Below the pieces are notes generated by a model that searched no databases, was not told the DNA's origin, and saw nothing but the letters and a program-made list of their open reading frames with translations. From assembly GCF_006345805.1 (NCBI RefSeq), contig NC_043003.1:77376001-77440000 (forward strand): a stretch of 64,000 nucleotides of DNA. The letters are read 5' to 3'. The translations under genes and the position numbers were made by a program. Source of the DNA: Octopus sinensis. Lineage: Eukaryota. Shown in pieces: positions 1 through 13,616 of this stretch; position 1 is the first letter of the stretch; each line of letters opens with the position of its first letter.

Positions 1-2065
1 TTTAGATTATCCAATCCAGCTCTCTTTCCTTTTTGCACCAATTCCAACAACTTATAATGAAAAAGTAAAAAGCAAGAAGCTACAATGCACATGCCTTTTG
101 GGGGGCTCCTGAGTAATACACAAGATACATGAAAAAAGAGGTTTCAACATGAAATCCAAAGTAAACTTCAGACAGCAAAGCAAACAATTATTTCTTTTAA
201 TGCAAATGGAAAAATAGCCAAATCAGATAATTTATATCTTGTTCTGAATTTACAGGAACACCAGTGGTGATGTAATAATAATGGTCTTTTATTGATACAA
301 AGCCATAGATTTGGTGGGAGGGTGCAGAGCCAAAACAAACCAACAACATTGACTAGTACTTTCCCACAAGAACAGAAAATAAAGTTGACCATGGCAGGAT
401 ATAAATTCTGAATGTAAAAAGCAAATATCAAAGCACTGACCCTAACAATTCTGCCACACTAGTGCTACTCAATACTAACCTTACAAATCAGGTAACCAAT
501 ATAAGCAATTCAAACAGTTCCAGTACATTACTGGTACAAATATCAACGTTCTTCCTTACAAGGAATGAAAAGTGATGTTACCATTGACAGAATTTAAATT
601 CCATCCAAAGTTAGTCAAACACATTAAGTCCTGCACCACCAACACTGAAAGATGGTTATGCAGGTACATGATACTTATGATTTAGAGGACTGGGAAAGGA
701 ACAATGATATAGTTATCATATTACCACCATTACACACACAGACATGAATGAAAATCAAATAAGAGGAACTTGTGTAAATGTATTGAAATTCATTTTTCAA
801 AACATACACACTGTACACAATCTCTAAAACAAGTACAAACAACCCAGTAAGGAAAAAATTTGTATCTGATACAAATAGCATATAACTATCAATCAAATCA
901 CATCCCTACAGCCCTAAGAAAAAGTGTGATACTTAATCACAGTAGGAAAAAAGTTTGATAGTAGTTGGCAAGGGGCTAAACAACAGCCACCAAATACAGA
1001 GGAAGCAGTTTATTATAATTGTATTATAATCATGGATAATATTTACAAAGAGTTATTATACAAATTAGTCCCCAAAATTTTAATTGAATTTAAGATTCAC
1101 TTAGAATCAAAGCTCTGGACATTGTTGTCATATACTTCACCATACAACCATTACCGTTATCTAAGTTAACAAAGACACTACCAGATTCATCTTTCTAGCA
1201 CAAGGAGTCAATCAGTCTTGTATCCTATTATCAAACACCAATACAACCACCACTGACAAGATCAAAGTAGCAGGAACACTAATGACTGAGTGACAGGTGT
1301 ATCATAAAAATGGAATCATGCATTGGTGATGGGAATGGAGGTGCTGCTGTGGTAGTGTGTGTTTAAGTGTGTATATCTATCTATCATATATATATATATA
1401 TATATATACATATTCTTTTGTTTCAGTCATTTGACTGCAGCCATGCTGGAGCACTGCCTTTAGTCAAACAAATCAACCACAGGACTTATTCTTTATTTGC
1501 CTAGTTCTTATTCCATCAGTCTCTTTCGGTGAACTGCCAAGTCACGGGGATGTAAACACACCAACACCAGTTGTCAAGCGATGGTAGGGAGGGACAGACA
1601 CACATACATATATATGAATATACATACTCACAACGGGCTTCTTTCAGTTTCCATCTACCAAATCCACTGACAAAAGTTTGTTTGGCCCGAGGCTATAGTA
1701 GAAGACACTTGCCAAAGGTACCACACAGTGGGACTGAACCTGGTGCAGAATGGCTGAATGGTTAAGAACATGGATTCACAGTCATGAGACTCCCGATTTA
1801 ATGCTTCTAGCAACATGAAAAAAATATTTTCTAGAACTTTGAGTCAACTAATACCTTGCATATGAAACTGGATGGAGAGAAACTGTATAGAGGAGCACTG
1901 GCTGGATTGTACCAATAATTCAAATGGTAGTCTTGTCACACAGTGTCAAGCTGGTTCTCCCCAAATTACTTTCATGGAATACATGGTAATTAAAGAGCAA
2001 GTTACTTAGCTTATTGAACAACTGGATAGCCATTGTTGGGCATAGATCCATCCCTATCACTACAT

Positions 2066-2361
2066 AGACACACACACATATACAGACATATATATACACA
2101 CACATATATATATACACACACATATATATATACATACACATATATATATACACACACACATACATATATACACACACATATATATATATACACACACACA
2201 TATATATATATATATATACACATATATATATATATACACATATATATATATATATATACACATATATATATATAATACACATATATATATATATACCACA
2301 CATATATATATATATCACACATATATATATATAACACACACATATATATATATATACACAC

Positions 2362-2392
<31 letters not shown>

Positions 2393-2782
2393 CACATATT
2401 ACATATACATACACATATATACATATACATATACACATATATACATATACATATCACATATATACATATACATATACACATATATATATATATCACATAT
2501 ATATATACACATATAATACACAATATATACACATATATATACACATATATATACACATATATATATACACATATATATATACACATATATATATACACAT
2601 ATATATATACACATATATATACACATATATATATACACATATATATATACACATAATATATACACATATATATATACCACATATATATATATATATATAC
2701 ACATAATATATATATATATACACATATATATATATACATATACACATATATATATATATACATATATATATATACATACACA
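2066..2782. repeat. Compound (TA)n/(CA)n microsatellite (similar blocks at 3950-4432, 31125-31250, 61330-61740, 63770-63890)
   Basis: Directly visible; source of the spurious Y/I/V/C/M ORFs. Confidence 0.98.
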
Positions 2783-3473
2783 TCATCATCATCGTCGTTT
2801 AACGTCCGTTCTCCATGCTACAATGGGTTGGACGGTTCGACCGGGGTTCTGGGAAGCCATAAGGCTGCACCAGGCTCCAGTCTAATTTGGCAATGTTTCT
2901 ACAGCTGGATGCCCTTCCTAACGCCAACCACTCCGTGATGTAGTGGGTGCTTTTTACGTGCCACCTGCACAGGTGCCAGGCGGGGCTGCCAACGGCCACG
3001 GTCAGATTGGTGTATTTTTGTGCCACCGGCACGGAAGCCGTCGAGGCGGTGCTGGCATCGGCCACGAGTCGGATATTGCTTTTTACGTACACACCAGACC
3101 ATGGATCCTGGCTGGTTCAATTCGATTTCGATTTCGCTTGCCCCACATGTCTTCACAAGCAAAGGGGTTGGCAAGGGTGCCTGTCTTACGGTCCACATTG
3201 GAGTATTTTACGTGCCACGGCACGATCGGATAGTGCTTTTTATACGTACCACCAGACCAGGATCCTGGCTGGTTCAATTCGATTTCGATTTCGCTTGCCC
3301 CAACATGTCTTCACACAAGGGGGTTGGCATGGGTGCCTATCGTACGGTCGCATTAGTATTTTAACGTGCCACGGCCACGAGTCGGATAGTGCTTTTTACG
3401 TACCACCGCCAGGATCCTGGCTGGTTCAATTCGTTTCGATTCGATTTCGCTTGCCCAACATGTCTTCGCAAGC
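2783..3473 (-). mobile_element. RTE 3'-UTR-type repeat with a tandemly triplicated unit of about 160 bp
   Basis: (CAT)n tail at left. Homologous to 48020-48313. Unit with ggatcctggctggttcaattcg occurs three times. Confidence 0.8.
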
Positions 3474-4436
3474 ATATATATAATATATACATATATATAT
3501 ATACATACACATATTATATATACATACACATATATATATATACACACTATATATTTTTTTTTTTTCTTTCTAGTTTCATGCTTATGAGCTATGGCCATGC
3601 TGGGGCACCGCATTTGGTGTTGCTACTTGGTTTCACTTCATGGAGCTTTCTAGCACTGCTATTTGGTGCATGAGAGAGTTCGATGCAGCTGCCCTCATCT
3701 GCCCACCCTGCCGTGAATTGGTTCATCTGGGACACACCTGACAGGAAGAGATCAGCTTCATTTAAAGACATCTGTATCCACCCCATGCAGGTCTCTCAGG
3801 TTCTTCGGGAGGATATTGAAATAGCTGTGGGCCTCGGAAGCCGGCTATCACAGAATCTTGTCCTACATCTTGATGGCAGTTAGGAGTCCTAGGCACACGC
3901 AGTGGCGCCCATTCTGGCATTTGCGTAACTCTCGATGCCAAAGTTCAGGACACATATATATATACACATATATATATATACACACATATATTATATATAC
4001 ACACATATATATATATATATATACACACATATATATACACACACATATATATATATACACATATATATATATACACATATATATATATACACACATATAT
4101 ATATACACACATATATATATATATACACACACATATATATATATACACACACATATATATATATACACACACATATATATATATATACACACATATATAT
4201 ATATACACACATATAAATATATACACATATATATATATATACACATAAATATATATATATATACACATATATATACACACATATACACATATATATACAT
4301 ACACATATAAATATATATATATATATACACATATAAATATATATATATACATACACATATATATACATACACATATACACATATATATACATACACATAT
4401 ACACATATATATACATACACACATATATATATATGT

Positions 4437-4618
4437 GCGGGTGGCACGTAAAAAGCACCCACTACACTCGCGGAGTGGTTGGCGTTAGGAAGGGCATCCA
4501 GCCGTAGAAACAATGCCAGATCAGACTGGGCCTGATGCAGCCTTCTGGCTTCACAGACCCCAGTTGAACCGTCCAACCCATGATAGCATGGAAAACGGAC
4601 GCTAAATGATGATGATGA
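4437..4618 (+). mobile_element. RTE 3'-UTR-type repeat (other copies near 52613-52863, 58795-58981, 61981-62143, 63483-63770)
   Basis: ggttggcgttaggaagggcatccag ... gcatggaaa.cggacg.taaa..gatgatgat is shared by all copies. Confidence 0.85.
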
Positions 4619-7600
4619 TACATATATATATATACACACACACACACATAAATGGTTACCCAAACCATACACAAGAATCTGCTCCATCATAAACAGTACC
4701 ATGAGTTCACAGTCTTAAGTCCAGATTTTGCTCCAAGCTCTGGTTTTATAGCTGCTTGGTAGTTAAACTATCCTCCAAAACCACCACCTAATGAGGGGGA
4801 GTGATCCTGTTTTTTACAGACTATTCTGTTAATTCATGTAAATGAGTTCACAAAGCTCATTCAATGATCTCATTTATACTGTCAGGAGATGTATTGTTTC
4901 TCACCACTACAATTGTAATACCAAGTAGTCACTGATATGTCTGAATAAAAGACCCCTCATTGTTTAAGTATAGGATGCCTTTTACTATAGATCTGCTTAA
5001 TTAGGGTTAAACATTCAACATTGTCACCTCCTATACTAGGGAAGACCTGATGAGTTTATAACAGGCATTAGAAAGGGCATCCAACCATAGAAACCAAGCC
5101 AAAACAGACAAGAGCTGTACCAACCAATGCAATCTACACACAGTCCTTGTTATATTAACTCATGCAGAATTGAGACAGTACAAAAACTAAAAACTTCAAA
5201 GCATTTCATTGAGTGCTCTGTTGATTCTGCAACTAGCATTTTAATAACAACAATGATGATGAAATAATGATGAAAATGTGGTCCAAGACTACATATTTAA
5301 TAGGAGATGAATATAATAGATTCAATGATACCAATACGATAAAGATGTTAATCTGGCAGGGCTTGAAACACTGAAAGAACACCAGATAAGACATGGCATA
5401 AATTCAGAGTTTGGAACCCAACAAGGGAGTAATTATGAGCTGTAACAACCCAGTCAAGTATAGAAAATCAAATGTGAAAATGATGATGAGGTCTGCTAAT
5501 AACACATAATCAAACATAACTGAGAAACAGCAGTTCAAAAAAAAAGGAAGGATACACTGGAAAATAGTCACCAATATAAAAAAAAATAAATGAAATGGTC
5601 AGGGCTATAATGTCTTTGATCAAAGCTATGTTTGATTAGAATAGATCTGGGGTTAAACAACAAGCACGTTTATGAGTTTTCCCCTTCTCGGATACTCCAA
5701 GGCTTAGAAAATGATTAAAAATTAATGTGGCATATGGCATACACACATAAATTATGATGAAACATACAATAATGTACTACTGTGATATGCACTCCCGCAT
5801 ATGAACGTAAGTTTATCCACACATACACCTACTTATATGCATACACTAACTTGTTCACATATTCACAAGTTCCATGAACTGTCTTGATTCTGACAAAACT
5901 GCCTTGAATTCTATGAAGAAAAAACTTAAATCTCTAAGAAAAATCATTCATTCATTCATTCATTCACATATACACACACATTTTACTAAGTTACAATTTC
6001 CACAAAATTCTCATCTACTTAATAAGCAGTATCATTTCAAACACACAAGCATATTTCTGCATTTTCATGCATGTCATGTTTTCAACATCCAATCTCTAAT
6101 CTTGCTGTCAATCAAATGCAATTTATATACTGCTTCAAGCTGAAATCAACTCACACCAACATTCTTTCACCTTTCAGCTTTTTTTTTATTCCGTAATTTA
6201 AAAAACGACAGCAAAAAGTTTCTTTTGTTTAGTGGCTTCTAGGGGTTAGATTTGTTTGAAATATTCTCCTGCATGTGAGCTTATGTTTAAAAGTACATCA
6301 ACCAAAAACATTTTGTGACAAAATGATCTTTAATTTAAAAATAATGAACACACACACAGAAAAAGCCACTGAATTTTACAATCAAACATATACACGAGTG
6401 ACATACATACATATACACACACATTAACTGATGGGTCTGTCAGTTTCAACAATGATGTTCAATCAACTGAATTATCTCCTCCTGAATTAATAAGTGGCTG
6501 AGTAATTCTCGAGATACATGAGTCCATAACATAATTCACAGGTAGAATCAACATGGCACAACATTACAAACTACCAGTACAATTCACCAATGGACCTCTA
6601 GGTAAACTTTGCTAAAATTAGGTGTGAGCAAGTAGAAAGATATGACCTTGCTACAGTCAAGGAAATAGCCTTGCTCAATATGCAGAAAAGGGATAGGTTG
6701 GAACCCCATATGCTATGCACAAGAGATACAATAGAATTACAAGCAGGTTTTATATGTAGTAGATGCACTGGGATAATAAGCACTTAGTACATGCCAGAAA
6801 TAGATTCTCTTAAATAACCAGCTGTCTTACTAGTAGTGGAAAGCCTAATTTAAGCAACATAATTAGCAGTGGAGATAGTTGTTTGAAGAAATAAATCAAT
6901 ATAAAAATTAGAACATTATACCCATAAATACACGCAGAGCAACCATATCATTCATAACTTCGAAGTTATGCCAGGAGTAGCTTGTCTATGTTCAGTTTGA
7001 CAAGCAGCTTTTGGCAAAACTTCAGTTCAAGTTGGTCTATCTATGTAATAAAAACACACAGAATACTACAAAAGTAAAGATACATTCAGCAATATATGAA
7101 TACTAAATGAATAAAGGAATGAAAATATTTTTAGACATTTAGTCCAGTGCTCTAACATTTCTACTCTGTTGTTACAATAATCTCTTACATCAGCACCAAT
7201 CCATATACAATAGGTAACAACAGTTATGTATATAATCTATAAATTGACTCGTAGTTAGGAAGTGTTAAATTCCAGGATTGGACATCATTTTGTGTCCTTG
7301 ACCAAGACAATTCCACTCTAGTCTTTTTGGAGAAATGAGTACCAGCTGGGTGTTGGTGAAACACGCATTGGTTCCAGCTGGCACACTCTGAATATTTCAC
7401 AGATAAAGGACCAAAAGCATAGCTACACAAGCACCTAAAATAGTTAGCAAAAGTACAAGTATTATGTCATACCTGCATGTGACAATTGGCTGTGCTGTAT
7501 AGTAAAGAGGAAGGCTAAATTCAGTGTTAGTGTGAGTTAAAAGAAAGAGATCAACTAAATTCCACAAGTCACAGTCAACACTCTACAGGTTGTCATGCCA

Positions 7601-8690
7601 TAATAATATTAGATGTTTTAAAGTTTGCTTAACTTTAACAAAAAGACATTTAAGGTAAGCAAAATGTAGTAATTAGATAATAGAATGGTCAATTGTGATC
7701 AGGAAACAGATAATGGAAACTCTTCACTTTTAGTTGCCTCTTGTAACATGCAGGAATATGGTGTGCTTATTCTAAAATTGGGAAACGGAGTGCAGATATG
7801 GGTGGGGGAGAGACTTGAAACAAGTTGATTACAACTAACAGAAGAATCTTGAGATCACACAATAGTAAACCACACTAAAATGAGCATGAATTCTATAGAG
7901 ATCCAATCTTCCAGTTTCCTTCTTAATATCTAATAACATTCTACATTCTTATCAGAAAGCGACAGAAAAGACTAGTTGTGGATTTCACTGAATTATTAAG
8001 CCAAAGATGAAAAAGTAAAACACATTTTATAATCTCTTTCAGAGAAGGTTTTTTTTCGTATATCAGTTTGATTAAAGAATATGTCAACTAGGTTTATATT
8101 TTAATTTTTCAAAAATTTTTAAAAAGAGGGGGAGCTAGTATGTTAAAAGTAACTGGTACTAGTAAAAATTTATACAAATCTGATACTTTTTTTTCATTTC
8201 AATAAAGTATTTAGTATATACAGTTACCAAAAAAAAATTACATATATATGAGAGCGAGAGAGAGAGAAAGAGGGGGTTGAAAATGTTTGAAGGATATTAA
8301 ATTTAAGAGAGAAGTGATCAGTCCCAATTATGTGCAGTGACCTCAGCAGCTTATAGTCCAATAATACAAAATATGTGGTTAAGAAATCACAGCTATAAAC
8401 AAAGATTTCAAAGAGAGAATTCCAGAACAATCAAAACAAATAGAATTGTTTGAGAGATTGCAGCAGCAACAACAATGTAAGATAGTGAAAATCTAAGAAA
8501 TCTCTCCAAACAAAACAATTCCAAAATAAACTTGAAAAGAAACTGAGTAGATGGTTTCAGTGAGTAATCTGAAATGAAAGTAAGAGTATCCTGGCACCTG
8601 AAAGTAGTATCAAGCATCACAATGAAGCTGTAATATAAGGCATCCGCCATTCATTCCAGCTGCTCTCATTCATTCGTATGGTATACTCAC

Positions 8691-8861
8691 AACGCCCACA
8701 ACAATGTCCTTGACCAACACTATAATTACGGCCCTTCCACTCAAGCTTGAAACTGACCACTTGCCTGTGTCTTGGATGAGCACATTAACAAGGTTTTGTG
8801 GTTTGGTCAGTTTATCGACAATATGAAATTCAGCGGTAGGTTTTCAACCTCTTCCCCTAAG
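8691..8861 (-). other. Candidate PTC-containing cassette exon in U2AF2 intron 7
   Basis: Acceptor attcttttcttgtttcttcccccttttgtccctag, donor GTT|GTGAGT. Phase-0 reading CTT AGG GGA AGA GGT TGA. Confidence 0.45.
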
Positions 8862-10705
8862 CTAGGGACAAAAGGGGGAAGAAACAAGAAAAGAATAATG
8901 AGTTGATGTATCAAAAACATACATATAACATGACGCAATTAACTTAATAAAGAAGCTTTTTTTTTTTTTAATTTAGAACTATAATATCTGAAATAGATTT
9001 ATCAGCATTACCATAGTACAGAAATATTGGTTACTTAAAATCTAAATAAAATTATAATTATTTCACTACACTAATTCTCACCTTTTATCTTTTTTTTTCT
9101 TTTTTAATTTACAGATTGGAAATTTTTTAATAATCAAGTAATAATAGTTTTTAAAAAAGATTTAGAGAGAGTTTCCTGTAAAAAGAAAGCTGAAATGGAA
9201 TTGGCGAGAAATGCTGAAAGAGAACAGTCTGAAACAGAGAGCTTGCCATCTGAAATAGGAGAGACCTGGCTATATTTTCTACCAAATCAGCAAGTTTCTA
9301 TGAGTCGCATTCCAATCACTTCAGGGAAAAAAATGTAAATAAAAAAAGAAAATAACATTTCTCTCTCTCTCCTTCCATGAGGAAAGCCTAATAGGGGTAA
9401 AAATCTTATGTAAAAAGATTTCATTTCAAGTAATGCTTGTTGAAATATTGAAACCTAATTTTTATTTGATCTTTCAATGATCAATAAGGCATCATTTCTT
9501 AAAAACATCAAATATTTTACCCCACAACTAAATAAATTCTACTTTTACTTCAACTACAGCTGGTAGTGGAGATCAAAGTACTAACAGAATAACCACAGTC
9601 TAGACAGTTGCTAGACACAGAGATATATCCCACAAATACAAGTAGGATTATGTTCTCCAAATTCTGCAGCATTAACACTACCTAAAAGCATTCCGCTTTC
9701 AGTTAAAAACTAGAAACTGTTTCCCAAGGCATAAACTTACATAGAAACTGTATCTCTAAAGAGTATGCCAGTTTGCTGAAGTGCATGACAATGTAGTGTT
9801 GGGGAAAGCTACAGCACTAACTGTCACAGTACCTACACAGCTAGATCAGAGTTCAATGGAATGAGCAAAAGTATTTTTTTTAGCACGAAACTGAGCCACA
9901 GTTAATACCCACTCCATGATAAGCAAGATCTAGCTGTAATATGTGTGATTAATCTTTATAGATAGAAGACTAGTACAAAAGTAACTATACATAATATTTT
10001 CCTCAGCAATGGAATAAGCCTTCTTTTGAAGCTTTATTTACTACTCAGATTATCAATATTATTTCATGTTTTACCTAACACTTTCATTAAAAAGAAAAGG
10101 AAAAAAACTCATTAAGAGAATCCTAAAATCCTGCCTTAAAACAAGACAATGAACAAGAAATACCATTTGATTATCAAAAATGAAATGAAGATGAGCTAAA
10201 CAACAATTTCAATAGACACGAGATTACATCTGCCAAGACCTATTGGTCTATGTATGCAAACACACACATTCATACACCCCCATAAATACATACATATGTA
10301 TATTTATACATATATATTATATATATATATATGTGCACTCACACCAAAGTTCTGTTCGCTAAAAGAGAATGTATTTTGCTCAGAAACAAACAAACTATTC
10401 AATACAGTTTTTAGCCTAATGAAACAAGAAAAATAACTGACACAATATGAATATGTGTAATTCGAGAAGCAGTTGCTCATTAGGTTACCCACATAAGTCC
10501 TGCTTGAAAAGAGCTAAACAGAGGACAGGGGGAATCAAAACAATCATTTACTGAAGAGACTCCCAAATGTTTTTCTCTTTCACACACTTTCTTCTAACCA
10601 AAGCAAACAAAACACTTCCAACTGTCCCACAGACTTAAGATGTGCAATTCATTCATTAATCCATTTTAAATGAGATTAAAACCTTCATTATAATCATAAG
10701 TTTTA

Positions 10706-10783
10706 CTGAAAAATGAGAAAATGGAAAAAAAAAAAAAAAAGAAAAAAAAGGCAAGTCAGAAAGTTTGTGAACAGCTGACTCAC
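10706..10783 (-). other. Candidate 78-nt mini-intron inside U2AF2 intron 7
   Basis: GTGAGT...TTCTGAC (branch-like)...about 40-nt pyrimidine tract...TTTTCAG. Confidence 0.5.
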
Positions 10784-11881
10784 AAAACCTAGCCTATATT
10801 AGAAATAACCTGAATAAAATTGATCTTTAATGTCCTTTCCCAGAATTTGTCAAAGCAAAAATGATCAATTAGACTATTATCTAAAAAAAAAATAATAAAC
10901 AGGAAGAAAGAATGCATAATGAATGAGAAAAAAGATTTTCTTCTTGGAGTCATTTAATTTGGGAGTTATAGACGGGAGAAGGAAAGCAAGAGCAATGATT
11001 CATAATAGCAGTCATGTTATTATGTTACACTCTTGTATTTTGTCAAACAACTATTATTGATGATTTTTTTTTCTCTCCTTTAAATTTTAAGCTTTTCCCT
11101 ACCCACTCTCCCTGTAAATATTAATATTTGTCCTCTTTTTCCAACAAGCTTATGTCAAAAGGACCAAATAGAAGTTTTAAAAAAATTTTTCTTAATTCAT
11201 ATTCATATATATATATATATATATCGCAATTTTTTCCTTTAAACTTGGTCGTAATTGCTTCCTTTAAACTTGGTCGTAATTGTTTCACAAAGAAAAAGAA
11301 AAAAAAAATCAGATATATTACATGACATAAGCAGACAATAAAGAAAATTGGATGGGAAACGACGTATAACTTAACATTAAGGACCATCAGTTAAGTAATA
11401 TAATAACTGTATAGATAATGAATACCTGCCATATATACATACATTTATATGTCAGCCTTTCAGGAATACCCAGGTTGAAGAGAAAAAAGCAAAATAAAAC
11501 AAAAAGAAAAAAAAAGGCAATTTCCTGTAAGAATTGAAGGATATAAACAGTTTACAGAGATATAAATGAAACCTAATGATTGGATAAAAAGGGATAATTG
11601 TCTGGACATTTCCAATCTAATGTGAATAATAATGTATACTTAGTAACTTCAAGGATTAATGGATACAATACTGAGGGTGCTTTCAAAATAAATGGATAAA
11701 GTAGAGAAAAAAAAGACCTGAAATTTTCTTTAAAATTGGAAATTGTGAAGAAATAAAGTATTAAAAAATAAATACAACTAGATTAAATTTTAAAACGGAT
11801 AAATAATAATCAAATCACTGCTATAAAACGTAGGGCAAAATATGTCAATGAAGTAGTTGACAAGTTGAAGTTCTGGCCTTA

Positions 11882-12127
<246 letters not shown>

Positions 12128-13427
12128 TCAAAAACCCTGTGTTCTTTTAATTTATTTATGATTGTAACTATAAGCATATAGTCTCCTAGTGTGTTTAAGT
12201 GGCTTAATGCTGTAAAATAACTACAACTGTTACCAAATTCTGATATGCACATAATCACTGTTCAAATAGTGTTTGTTGCTTGTGGACTGAAAACAGAAGT
12301 TCTACACTTTTCTAGACAAGAAACAAAGTTTAGTTTCATTTTAGAAAGAACTTCTTGTCCAAAGACTTCCTGCTTACATTATGTATATAATTTTTTTTAA
12401 TGTCTTTTATCAAGTTAATTTCTTCACATTGTTTTCTTCCTTCAATTTTCTAGCATCATGGCAGTTAATACCTCAAGCCATCAGTTAGAATTTGGTGATA
12501 TTATTTATTAATGATATAATTAGAGAAAGATAATATTTCAGTGTCATCTGTACACAGCAACTATCTAAATAATATCAGGATTTATCAATTTTGAGCAGGA
12601 GTGGAGAGATCATATCAGTGATCATTGCATTGAGGTTTTCATTATGATGTGGGCCCAACAAAACCTTTCGAGTAAAAAAACAAAACCCGTACAGTTTATT
12701 CTTGGTTTTCCCCTAAAGAAATGTTTCTTGAAATGAAGGTATGTGCATCAACACAGCAAGTCACCTTAATTACATCAATAGAAGACATATCTCAGAAAGC
12801 CTTTTCAATGCTAGCTTGTGTAGCTCCAAATGCTAGATCTCTGAATCACAGAGGCTCTTCCATGAAAAACACATCTTTAACATAGCTAAAACTGCAGACA
12901 GTCACTCATAGACATGCTGTTTCCTCTCCCTACTCTTTTCAATGATACTGCAATGGCCTTTGTTTTAGTATTACCTCTAATTGGGCACTCCTAACTAGCC
13001 CATCTCTCATTCTAACAGAATAAGTCATGAACAAACCCCACCCCTGACACCATGTCTAACATCCTCAAAATCCCTCTATGGAATTCTTTCCACACACACA
13101 TTCTTTTATGTAGTTTTTAAAGTAACATAAGCAGTATAAATTTCACCAGTCCCAGAAAGCTTGTGATTTCCATAGTCACTGACCCTTTCTCTAGGCTTTG
13201 CTAATAACAAAAATGTTAGTGTGAGTTGACAGAAATCGGGTTGTTATTTCTACCAGGTCAAGCAACCACACTGAAATCTCAACCCACTGGGTCGAATGTA
13301 TTTGTGATCTCATTGCAAGAAACATCTACCAGCAAGGGACTGGAATAACAGAGTGATTACTTGCTTCTCATCAATAGAAAGCAGAGCTGCATCAATCCTC
13401 ATGATTTTCTGTAGGACAGGTAAATCA

Positions 13428-13616
<189 letters not shown>

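Noticed and set aside
1920-4702. Long Y/I/V/C/M-rich ORFs (also near 25600, 58300, 61200-62100 and 63600)
   Set aside because: They are translations of (TA)/(CA) microsatellites, which lack stop codons in several frames.
6135-6172. Minus-strand AG|GTG AAA GAA, resembling the start of the missing VKELL exon
   Set aside because: It continues CWCELISA* and has no pyrimidine tract.
6953-6970. 18-bp palindrome CATAACTTCGAAGTTATG resembling fused outer loxP arms
   Set aside because: It lacks the rest of the arms and the spacer, and a single short palindrome is plausible by chance.
9068-9114. Plus-strand branch, pyrimidine tract and ACAG suggesting an antisense exon
   Set aside because: No ORF or matching donor was found, and T-tracts are common on both strands.
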